Shown piece after piece: positions 23,601-35,600 of a stretch of 64,000 bases of DNA (its first letter is position 1; each line of letters starts with the position of its first letter). The DNA lies in contig NC_087437.1 of the NCBI RefSeq assembly GCF_036321535.1, positions 81,718,001 through 81,782,000 on the forward strand. Direction: 5' to 3'. The DNA is from Camelus dromedarius. Taxonomy: Eukaryota. The notes below the pieces were generated by a model. It did no database searches. It was given only the letters and a program-made list of their open reading frames with translations, and was not told the origin of the DNA. The translations under genes were made by a program, and so were the position numbers.

Positions 23601-26600
23601 TTTGGTGGAGCAAAACATCAGAGTAAAGATAATGTTCTTAGTAAACTGGAAATTTATGGAGAAATGAGTTTTAAATTGGTTGTTTTACATATATAATTAA
23701 CTGTATCCAAGCAAGTTACAATATTTTGTTATCAAAAGAAGAGTTGTGGAAGTTTAAATATTTTTATATATCCACACAGAAAATAAACTGCAAAATTTTT
23801 ACAGTGACAAAGATGTTAAAGAAATGCTTTGGCAAGGAAGTACACGTGGCCTATTTTTGTTATACATCATCAACCAGAATTTCACAAGTGTTTGAGCCTT
23901 CAAAGAGCTGTTTTCTATGTCAAATGACATGTCTCACAATAATCCTCAAACTTATTTTGATAAATGAGCCCTCTAACTTCTGGTGAAATTTTGTTCAAAA
24001 TAGTTGAAAAGTTTTAGACGAAGTATTCTAAATACGGAATGCCATAAAACATAATTTTTGAAGATTTAGTTAATTGTAATTATTGAAAACCAAGTTTGCA
24101 AACAAGAAGATACTGAAATTTACCCCTATAAAAGCAAGAGAACAACTGACCATGTTGCATAATGAAAGTTCAAAAGGTATACAACTTAATTTTTAAATTC
24201 TGTAATTGTGCTTTGGAATACCTCAATTTTGTGAAAACTATTTTGGTGGAGTTTTCCTGTTTTGATTGGATAAAATTTTCTTCTCTATCAGAATTAAAGG
24301 ATATCAAGAAGGTCTAAGGTTTTGTAGCATTTAAAGTTAGTAAAATATTAAAAAAAACATAGAAAAAATGTGAAGTCGAAAAGTGACAGGGCCTACAAAA
24401 ATACTTGGGTTACAATACTAGCATATTTCAATACAGAAGAATTAAAAATGAGAATATCCTCTATTTAGTAAAATTGTAAACATAATAGGTACCTCATCAA
24501 GTATACATATTTTCTCAATTAAAAAAAAAAACAGAGTCAAAAGAGAAGAATCAATTAAGGTGCAACAATTTCAAACTGATTAACCATAAAATGCAACTTC
24601 AAAAATGATTGCAGACAATTTTGTGAAAAAATTAAAAATAATATTTTAATAAAATATTGTTTAAAAAATTCATTAGAAAAATACAGGGGCATGTAGTGAA
24701 GACAGATATGGCCAAGAAACTGATTAAAGTATGTGATTCTGTATCCAGAATAATTATTTTGTTTACATTATCCTTCAATGTTTAGATAATATATAAATTT
24801 TTAAAACTTGATTTAATGTACACAAATTTATTATTTTAATTTTTTAAAGAATTGCATTTTTAAAATAGTTCATAGTAGAATTCTTTTATAGGTCCATCAA
24901 TATGGTAATGTCAGTTTACTGGTCAATAAATAAAACTTTCAAATAAATATATAACTTTAGTTATTCTAGTGTCCCTTTCACTCTCAAAAGCATACTAGTT
25001 TGGACAGTAAATTACATGATCACTCTAATTATAGATTAAGCAGCAAATTTCTTAAAACACTGTCTTTTTCCCAACGGTAAACTGGAGGGAACCAGGGTAC
25101 CAATCACCTCATGTTTCTGATAGGTATGCGATGGAGATGCCCACAGGTAGGGGAAAAAGCAAAAGGAGGTCAACAAAGAAGTAAAGAAGCAGGCATCATA
25201 AACACCTCCCCACATATCAAAACCAAAGTTTCCATAAAGAGAGAAGAATGTTGAGCTAATCTATGGATCTTACCTGCAAACGCACTAGAAAGATTTTGGG
25301 AACCTGGATTCCAAAACTTGACATACTTGTCTGTCCACCATGAAATTCCACTCCTTAGCATTGGGACTTTGATACTCATGGATGAATTAAGGTTGTATGA
25401 AAGAACAATGGTGTCTATAAGGAAATTAAAAACTGTATTAGAGATACAAGTATTTTTGCCACATTTGGAATTGCACAACCAGACACAGCTGAAAAATAAA
25501 CCAGAGTATTAGCAGCTTCTCCACATGCCGACATGTCATAGATGCTGGACTCCAAAGACTCTTCTTTTTCCTTCCAATGCCCCAGTTAACTGAAAAATAC
25601 TCTTCGGCTTCATTTAACTATTCAAATCTCTGATAAGGGGGAACCCATTTGCAAATGAAATACCATAAATCAGTGGATAATGTATACAAACATTTCTTAG
25701 AGATGCCCGGCCACTCAGCTGCAGAAGTGATCTTCTGGACATTTAGATTGTTACACACTTACAAAAGGGAACACAATGGAGATAAGAAAAGTCACCTACC
25801 ATTGAATATGCTGTTGGCAATAGCACCACAAGGAGCGATGGGGATCCCGTTGTGGGAGTTTTTGAAAGGAGCACAGTTACTAACATCCTGGATGTGAAAT
25901 GATACAGGAATAAGCGCTTTCAGTAAATTCTTAAAATGCTGAAAACGAAAACACTGGCAAATGTAAATTAACCCACACTGATTTATTGGCACAGACCAGG
26001 ATTATGGACTGTTGTTCCCAGGCTACTGGATCACTTAGACTAGAAAATTTTCATGTTTTGAAGATAATGTGTATGTGTACATGCATGTGTGTGTAGTTTT
26101 TTTTCCTCATTAGCAGTACACAGCATACCAACTATGTCTGCAGGAAGGAACTTTGTTGGCTGTGCTAAATGCCACACTTAAGCCCCCACCAGATTACATT
26201 TTCAAAGGCTTTTTCTTATTGAAGTGTAATTTATATTCCAAAAAGTATAAAATTGTGAGTCTACAGATAGATGACTTATCACAGGGAATCCATCCACCTA
26301 ACTACCAGAATACATTTTTAAAAGAGTAGCTGCTAAAAAGCACTTTTATATAATATCGCTATAGAAAAGGTTTCCTTCTAGCTTTTCTTGCCAGTATGCT
26401 GAATACCATCTACCAAGAGTAAAATTTTGTAATCTGAAAGGATTTTTTTTTTTGTAGTCTGAAAGAATATTCAATTAAACCAAAGGCTTTTATTCAATCA
26501 AGTAAAGTCCAATTTCCTTAAACTATATTGATTGAAGGCCCATTATAGGAAGGATGATGGTGGATATAGAGTGAGCCAGACTGAGACCAGCCACTATCAA

Positions 26601-29600
26601 AATGGCAGGTGCATCCATTAGGTAAAATGGGCAACTTTCAAGATAACTACAGAAATTAAGTGTGAAGAAGCAATACTGAAATCTAATTGATGTGTCAGTC
26701 ATTTAAAAGCAAAAACTCTACTCTTTGAAGCAGCTCCAACATGCCATCAACTTTATTCACAGAAGCGTATATCCTGAATTATGATTGAAATGTACATGAA
26801 GACTTGCCCTTCTGACACATTCACTATTACCAAGACTTGGGCAATCCACTACATATCTGGTTTTAATATAAAATGCTGTCAAATAAAAAAATGGTTGGTG
26901 CATGAAAGCATAACCACTTAATTGGACAAGATTCGCATTCCTGCTCTGAAGAGGGAAAGGGCTGCTTCTCAGGAGCAGTTATCCTGAATACCCGGCCCCT
27001 GCAGTTCACGCAAGAATAAAATGAGCATTTCTGTCTTGTAAAACCTTAGCTTTTGAGTTTATTTTCCATATTCTCTTTTAGACTGAAAGCTTCAACAGGT
27101 TTAAAAAAAAAATAAAGAGTGTTATAACAAGTTAAATAAAGCCTTACCTTTATATCTATACCCATCAGTTGGCTATTACTCCTGGATAGAACATATTGAT
27201 AGAGGTTCTGATAGAAGCCGTACAGTTTGTAGAACATATAAACATCACCCTGTAGAGGAGAAGAGGAAGCAGTAAGGTGAGAGGAAAATAAGCTGGACTG
27301 TTAATAAACATGGACAGGATTTTTTAAATGCAAGAAGTAGTACAGAAAAATATTGATGGGAACTGAAAGTTTCTTTATATCAAATAGAATCCCGAGAAAT
27401 TATTTCTAAAAATCAGTGTTGGAAAATCCTGGTCTACATAGAATTATTAAAAGGACTAAATAATTTACTTTTAATGTTTTTGGAAGGGTCACCACACTTT
27501 GCCTTAAAAAAATTTATCATTTGTATTCTCAATATGTAAAATTTGGCTTTACAATTATTTCCCAGCAGTTCTGGGAAAGCTGCTTTGCCTAGGGGTTGTG
27601 GTAAGCATCAAATTCACATTGTTTCAAAGCAAATCCATAGAATAAAACTGGGGCCACTGAACATGTCTAGGTGCATGTACGTACTAGACACGTGAAAGAC
27701 ATGAGACTAGCTCCTTGGGGTCCAGGCCCCGTGTTGTCTTTTTACCCCAAGGATTTAGCACAGTACTCTGTCATAAAATGCTTGGTCAAGAAATGGTGAA
27801 CCATTTGTTATGGACAAAAAGATGGAATGGTTTGCTAATCTAGAAGAAAAGTGATTTTCACCTTGGCAATACGCAGCCTGGTTGCCATGGGAGATAAACT
27901 TTTTCATGGATGCTGTTGTATGTGGCTGCCCAGGCACGGGCTACCATCAATGCTTCTACCTTTATGGTGAAGTACCAAGGCCCTGGAACTTCTCCAGGCA
28001 GACTTGATGCAGATTTTACTAACAGCACATATGATGCAAATGTAACTGTCCGATGTAGCTGTTCATGATTAATATACTACCTATCTCCAAACTAATAAAG
28101 GCCTGCATCCACAAATATGAAAGCCTAAATTTTATTTAGTGCCTCCCATGTGTTAGGTGCTATGTTCAGTGCTAGAAATACAAAAGCAGTCCTTTACAAC
28201 TTCCTGAGGCAACTGATTCTCTCGTTCCATGCAAATATGGCCTCACCCTAAGGACCTTGAAGAGGATGAGCATGGGAGACGGGAGCTGGTACCCAGGGCA
28301 GGCTGAAAATGAAGGTCACGGTAAGTGTCGCCCAGTATAGAAGACAACCAAGGCTGAAGAGCGTGGTCCCTGGTCAGAGAAGAGTCTCTGCAACAGCGAG
28401 GAGGGGAGCCGCTGCACCCTGAGAAAGAGGTGGGCTGGGGCATCACGAAAGGAGAGCGTGGGTGTGACGGCCAGCAGGCCAGGCGCAGTGGGAAGCCCTG
28501 ACTGTGCTTCCTCATCTGAAGAGGGAGCCTTTGCTGCTGGCCCACAACGCGAGAAAATCTGGAATCCGGGGCATGGGACTGACTGTGCATTTTCTTGGGA
28601 GCTAAAAGAGAATTCTCCTTACCCAAAGTTATATGTTCATATAAATGACAAAATCAGCAGGCAGAGAACACTCACACACTAGGGACAAAAGTGGTTTAAT
28701 GACCCTTTTTCAATGATTCTTTGTCCAAGATTTAGCTTAACAAGGCCTCCGAGACCATTGTCTTGTTTATTAGTCCTGGAGGCACAATGCGCTTCGTGAG
28801 GCTGTTCCTCTCCTGTGGTACTTGGTGCCGAATTCCTAGGTTACGGTAGAGAGCTCTCCGTGGATCCATTGTCTAGCACGTGTGATATGTGTGACCTGGT
28901 GAGCTGAAGGCCCTGTGGTTTCCCTGAGTAGTTTGGTTGGATTTTTATGAGAAAGCCTTTGCCTGAAAGGAATGGTTAGCAGCTGGTAACACTTACTTGC
29001 CTTTAGGATTTTAAAGGACAGACAGATGGGAACCCAAGCACTTTAAGGTTTTTATCTTTTGGATTTTCTTCTTTAAAATTGTAAGCACTCTGAGCCTTCA
29101 AGAAGGAGCCAACTCTGCTGACACCCTGATTTCAGACTTCTGATTTCTAGAGAATAAATTTTTAATGCTTTTAGGAAAAAAAAAAGCAACACTAACTTTT
29201 ACTTTGATGGGGGCAGCAGAGTGAGTGGAGGAAGGCAAGAAAGGGCAGCAACTGTAGAGAATTACAATTTGAGAATTCTCAAAATTCTCAGTTTTGATCT
29301 CTAATAAAGAACACATATATAAAACTTCTCCCAGTGACCTTATATAGATATCACTTACAACCCAGGTACAGCTCAGTAATTTCCTTATAATCTGTGTCTG
29401 ACTTACACTCACAAAAATGATTAGAGACACAGTTGTATTCAGAATATTACTGATGCCAACATGCGTTCATCCGGGGTCAATTGGGAAATAGGAAAGGGAC
29501 ACAAAACACCAAAACTTCCTGGAGCATAAAGCCATATAATTTAGCACTTTATCTTTCTTCCATTAATTTAACATTTCAGCAAACATTTTCTGAGCATCTA

Positions 29601-32600
29601 CCATGTAAAATTACTGTGCTATACACTGTGGAGGAAGCAAAGATTCATATGTTCATTCCATAACCATTAATTGAGCAACTACAGTGTGCCAGGCATTGTT
29701 ACAGGTGCTTGGGATATAACAGTGAGAGACAGACAATAAACAATACATATAATAAACTGTTCATTTATATAGCATGTTACAAGGTGATGAATACTGTGGA
29801 AAACAATGGAAATACAGCGAGGTAACAAAAGTTAGGAGTGCAGGGTGAGGTGAGGCGACAGGTTGCAGTGAAATAGGATGGGCAGTGTAGGCCTTATTCG
29901 GTGATAATGCCAACCAAAAATTGGGGACAGGCATAAGAGAATGCCTGACTTGTTTGGGGAACAAGAAGTACAGTGTGGTCAGAGTGGGGATGGGGGAAGA
30001 GAATGAAGGGAGGAGGTTAAGAGGATCATGTAAGGGCTTGTAAGGACTTAGGCTTTTTCACTGAGTGGAAAGAGAAGCCATTGCAGAAATTTTTGAGCAA
30101 AGGAATAACGTATGACTTATGCTTCAAAACGTTCACTCTGGCTGCTATATTGAGCTATAGATATAACAGGGAGACCTGATAGGAGGCTATTTCAGAACCC
30201 CACCTGAGAGGTGAATGTGGTGTGGAGCTGGGTAGTAGCAGCAGAGGGGGCAGAGGTGAATATACTTTGGATATATTCTGAAGGTAGGGCCAGTAGGATG
30301 GATGGATACGAGGTGTGAGAGAGTGAAAGGAGTCAAGAATGACTCCTGGGCTTTTGGCTTGAGCACCAGAAGGACAGAGTTATTTTCACCTGAGATTAAG
30401 AAGTCTGTGGGTGGAACAGGTTTTTTGTTTTTGTTTTTAAGGGGGGGGGGTGTGTAGAGTAAATAAGGGGGAGGAATGGATATCAGGAGTTCAGTTTTGG
30501 AAACGTTGAGTTTCAGATATCTATTAGACATCTGAATGGTGACCTGAGGAAGGCTTCTGGAAATACAAGGGTGGATACTGGAAGAGAGGTGTGGGCTAGA
30601 GATATAAAATAGGGTGTTGGTGATTGATGGTATTTGAACCTAGGAGGTGGATGGTGTTTCCTAGGAAGTGAGTGTATAAGAGAGGAGAAGAAGACTAAAG
30701 CCCTGAGGATCTCAACATAAAGAGTTTGGGGAAAATAAGAGGAACAGCAATGGAACCAAAGAAGGCGGCCAGAGAGATAGGAGGAAAACCAAGACCGTAA
30801 GGTGCCCTGAAAGCCTAGAGAAGGAAGTGGGTCACGGTTGAGGGAGTGATCGCCTATGTCCAGTGGGTGTCGAGGCACTAAGGATTCATCACTGGATGTA
30901 TCCATGTGGAAGTCACTGGTAACCTTGAAATTTCAGCGAGTGTTGGGGGCCAAAACCTGATTGGAGTGGGCCTAAGAGAGAATGAGAAGAGAGGAACTGG
31001 GAACAGCCAAGACAGATGACTCTTCTGAAGAGATTTCCTGCTAATAGGAGAAAAGAAATGGGCAAATAGTTGGCAGGGAAATCTGGGAGGATAGAAGAGT
31101 GTTTTGTTTTTGTATTTTACAGATATGTTAAGAAATAATATGTGTGCTGGTGGGAAAGATCCAGGAGAGAGAAAAGTTGATGATATATGAGAGGTAAGAA
31201 CTGCTGAGTTAAGCCCTTATAAAGACAAGAAAGGCTGGCATCTATTGCATAAGTGAGAGGTAAGCCTTCAGATGGGAGCATGGGTGGTTCCCGTGTGGTA
31301 ACAGGTGGGAAGGTTGAGTCTGTATGCAGATACAGGGTGGGGGTAAGTAGCTGTGATGTGGCACGTAAAGCATGATCCCTGTCCCCAGGGAGGTTCCTGT
31401 AATTAGAGGAAACGAGTCTATAGGATATTATACGGGTGACTGCAAGTCCATCAGAAGAGTGGGAACAGCACTCCCAGAATACAAATGTGGGCAAAATTCT
31501 TGCTGGAAACATGAGTGAAAAGGAGGCTCAAGGAAGGGTTGGGATACTAGGGACTTAACACAGGTGGGATCTTACAGGTGGCAGTGAGAGGGGAGACTTT
31601 CTAGGCAAAAGAACATAGAGAGCTGTATCATGGAAAAACAGGTTGGGTCAGTTTGGCAGGAGTACAAGGTCTCCCATGGAGATAAAGATGAAAAGATAGC
31701 TGGGCCTCCAGTGTTGAAGAACAATGTGAGAGAGTGCAAATTTAGGTGGAGGGCAGGGCATGGTCTACTGATTTTGCAAATAACAGTTGGCTAAATGTAG
31801 AAGCCAGAGGCTAGAAGAGCAACTAAAGTCACTGTGATACTAGACCAGGAGGGTCTGAACTGGGGAGAGGGTGGCTGGGAGAAACACGGATTGAAGAACA
31901 GGGCTCACACATCAGAGGCCTGGATGAGAAAGGAGCAGGCAGGGTAAAGTCAAGGAGGAAATCTTTGGGTCTTGGCAATGGAATCTTTAGCAGAAAGGGA
32001 AGTAAGGAGGGTTTTTCAGGAGATGACAGTGAGTCCTGTTTGGGGAGGAAGCAGACTTTGAGATGGGATGCTTAGTGAGAAGCTGAAGAGAAGGCCTGCT
32101 TGAACATGGAAGCATCCCATGCAGAGTCATCTCTGAAGGGCAAGGAAGAGGGACGAACCAGGTAAGGGAGGAGGGCGCTGTGGGGAGAGTTGCAAAGCCC
32201 AGAGGACAGAACAGAACCTTTGAAAAGCTGAAGAAAATACACTTTCATTTGATTAAGTCCTGACTACCTTGTAAGACAAGAGAGGCCCTGAAAAGGTGCC
32301 TCTTGATCTCCTACTGCGGAGAGCGTAATCAAGGGGCGGCTCCAGCTGCTCTGCTCTGAGGTTATCCTGTGTCTGCACCAAGGCCATGCTTCCCACTCCC
32401 ATGGCTGCTCCCAGCCAGTGCCTGAGCAACAGGGATACTGAGGCCAGGACTCTCTGTCGGCCTTGCCGAAACTTTCTCAAGAATTTTCTGCAGACCTTCC
32501 TTCCTCCCTCCCTCCCATCTTCCCTTCTTCTTTACCCTCCCATGCTGCTGCCTGCCCCTGCCTTCCTTCTCCCCTCCCCTCTCCTTCCCAGGGGTCAGAG

Positions 32601-35600
32601 CTGTGTTGTGTTCTCACAGCCTCCTCTGGCTTCATCCATATTTTCCCTCACAGGCAGCTCCCCCAATAAATCTCTGTTATGTCTAATCTAGTCTTGGCAT
32701 CTGCTCCTCAGAGGACCTGGACAACACGAGACTTTAATCCGCCTAAGAGCAGGGACATCTCTTTTTATTTCTTTGGCATTTCTCACAGTGCCTGACAGCC
32801 GGGCCAAGAGTTGCCTTAGGGACTAGGCAGCTGCATGTGTAGAATGACTTGGAGGGGGAGCCAAGGAGAGTCCCACCAGGTGTGTGACCCTTGACACTAA
32901 CTCACTGCGTGACCTTGGTCAAGTCACTTAACCTCTCAATCCATTAAGTTTCTCACTGTAAATGAGTGGTTAGATCCAGTGATTGCTATGGTCCCCTCCT
33001 GTGCTGACATTTGGCATAAAACCTGTTTGATTGATGTTGAGAATTATGTTACAAAGTTGAGTGGGTAAAGAATCTGGAAACTTAGAAACAAAGGGGAAGA
33101 ATGAAAGTCTAAAGGAAAAAAAGGGAAAGGGAGAGTCACACATGCACTCAACACTTTCTCAGACCCTCAACTCCACTCTGCTTTATTTTTTTGTATTTTC
33201 AGTTTTGGAAAGCATTTGGTAGAGATCATGAACTTACTGCCCTGTGTTAAATAGGAATAGAGCAGCATACAGCCAGCTGAAGGCTCTTGAATCTCACTTA
33301 CCTTCATTGCCTCTGGGAGGTAGAAGGGAATAGAGCAAGTGCATTCTTTGTCAAAATTAGCGGTGTTTTCCCGCAGTTTTGCACAATCTGAACATTTTTC
33401 TGTGTAATTAATCTGTCAGGTGGGGAAAAGAACAATTATTAATTAAAAAGGACATGAATACAGATCTTCAAATTAAAGTCCTGAGTCCACCAAAATCTCC
33501 AAGCTCTCCAGGTCGAGGGCATGCTGTCTGGGATGTGAACCCGGCAGCTCACTGCGCAGGACATGAGCGCTCCGTGGATGTGAGGGAGTGGGCCTCCTTA
33601 CAGCCTTTAATTTTGGGATCTGGCAGCATTTTGCCACTTACCTGGAGCTCAGGGTTTCTACTGCATATTTATGTAACCTGTGATGCAGCCTCATGCCTCC
33701 ATCATAAAAAGGTGTCATTAGGAAAGTATTAGTCAATGACTCATGAGAACTGTGTCTAACCAGCTTTATGGGGAAGTCAACTTCACTGTTTTTCCATTTT
33801 ATTGTCTGGAAAATATTTATTCTAATGAATTCTCCTACATGTTGTCTAGAGGAAGTTATTAAAGATGACCAAACACAAAAAAGAAGTGTTTCCAAAATGT
33901 AGAGTTACTGATGTATGCAAAGTAATTGTAAAATGGTGTTATATTCTGTTGTTTAAAAGTTAAAATCTGTGCAAAATGGTATAAAAAAACAGTAGTGTGT
34001 CCCAAATGGGCATTTTCCTGTGAGCTCTGGCTCAAGGACTCAGTTATGTGAAGCTGCAGCTGGAAGAAGAGGTGGGAAGGGTGGCTCAGAGAGAGGTCAT
34101 GGGGTTGTGTGGTTCCCTTCAGCTGCAGGAAACATTCATCTCAAGTGCCCAGGGGTGGTTGTGGGGTGCTGCAGAGGGCTTCTGCTTTTTCCTCACCGTG
34201 TTGAGGAGTAATTAGAAGAGTTTGGGAATGGAGGAGGACAGGGAAGCAAGGGACTGGCTTTCTCCTCAGTAAATTGCCAGTGGGATTTTGGATTCTTAGG
34301 GAGAGAAGACAAGAAAGAATTCTGAATGCTTGCTAAGTCACTGGGTGTTTGAAGTCAATATGGGTAAAGTGTGAATACTAAATTAAAGATTAGCCAAAAG
34401 ACTACTTAATTGCTTAAATCATTCTTTAAGTATGCAACAATAGTTGAACTATTTTTTTTTTGCCTTTGTTGTTTCATGATATCTTTATTTTTTCCTTTTT
34501 CAGTTTTATTAGTAGAATTGTTACACTTTGACTGCACATATACATTATATTGCATGTAAATGCATATATACAATATATGGCACATTTTTCTTTTAGTTTA
34601 CATATATGTACTGATCATTGTTTCTCAGAACAGATTAGAGCTTTAGCTTTTTAAACTTACATAGTTGTCAAAGGAATAAAGCCAACCACAAAGTAAGAAT
34701 TAACAGAATGATGTAATCCAACCATAAAGGACTGTCAAATGTGCTTTCACATAGTCAAGAAATCAGTCATCTAAGTTATAAATAATAAGTAGTTCATTCG
34801 TGTTCTTACTTTTTTTTTTAGATTCCACATATAAGTGATTATCATGTGGCATTTTTCTTTCTCTTTCTGGCCCACTTTAATTAGAATGGCTATCTCTAGG
34901 TCCTTGAATTATTATTTTTAAAAATACTGATGCCTTGTCTGTGAAACTGCATTCTAATTTTTTAAAAAGCATTAAAGAACAGGGCTGTATCGTAACTGAG
35001 AGCTAGCACACTGAACTATGACTGGGGACACTGAGCTTCTAGTTCAGTCTCTGATGTTGAGTTAAATCCTTAACGTCCAAGGCCCACATTTTGTTCACTA
35101 GCATCATTTTGGATTGCAATTAATCGATCTGTGAGGTCACTGTAGTAGTATACATTCTACTCCATGGATTCTTGTTGGAGTTCTGTCAATGCAGAATTAG
35201 GAAAAAATGTGTTTCATGATCAAATAATTTTTGACTAGATGATATCTAAGGTGCTTTCTAGCTCTAAAAATTTTATAAGAAAAATATATCTTTGATCTAC
35301 TGTCTACTTTGTGGCTCGAGTGACTCTGTAAACCTATAGCTCAAAAATGACAGCAAAGGTCATAGTCTGCTTGCTTCTCACAGAATTTTGGAGAGGCAGG
35401 AATTATCATTCTTGCCTAAAGTGAACTGCACAGAGGGCACTTTCTTGATGTGCCCCAGGGCTGAATGAGCACAGGAAAGCCAGTTCCAAACTCTTCTACT
35501 AGGACTCTGTTCTTCTACTAGGCCTCTGTTGGCCACACTGGCCTGGGATAAGCACTTCATCTTACTACCCATCATAATAAAACACTTCCATGTGCAAAAG

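Noticed and set aside
30187..31512. Cluster of 114-131 aa minus-strand ORFs
   Set aside because: They lie in decayed L2 sequence whose pyrimidine-rich strand is poor in stop codons.
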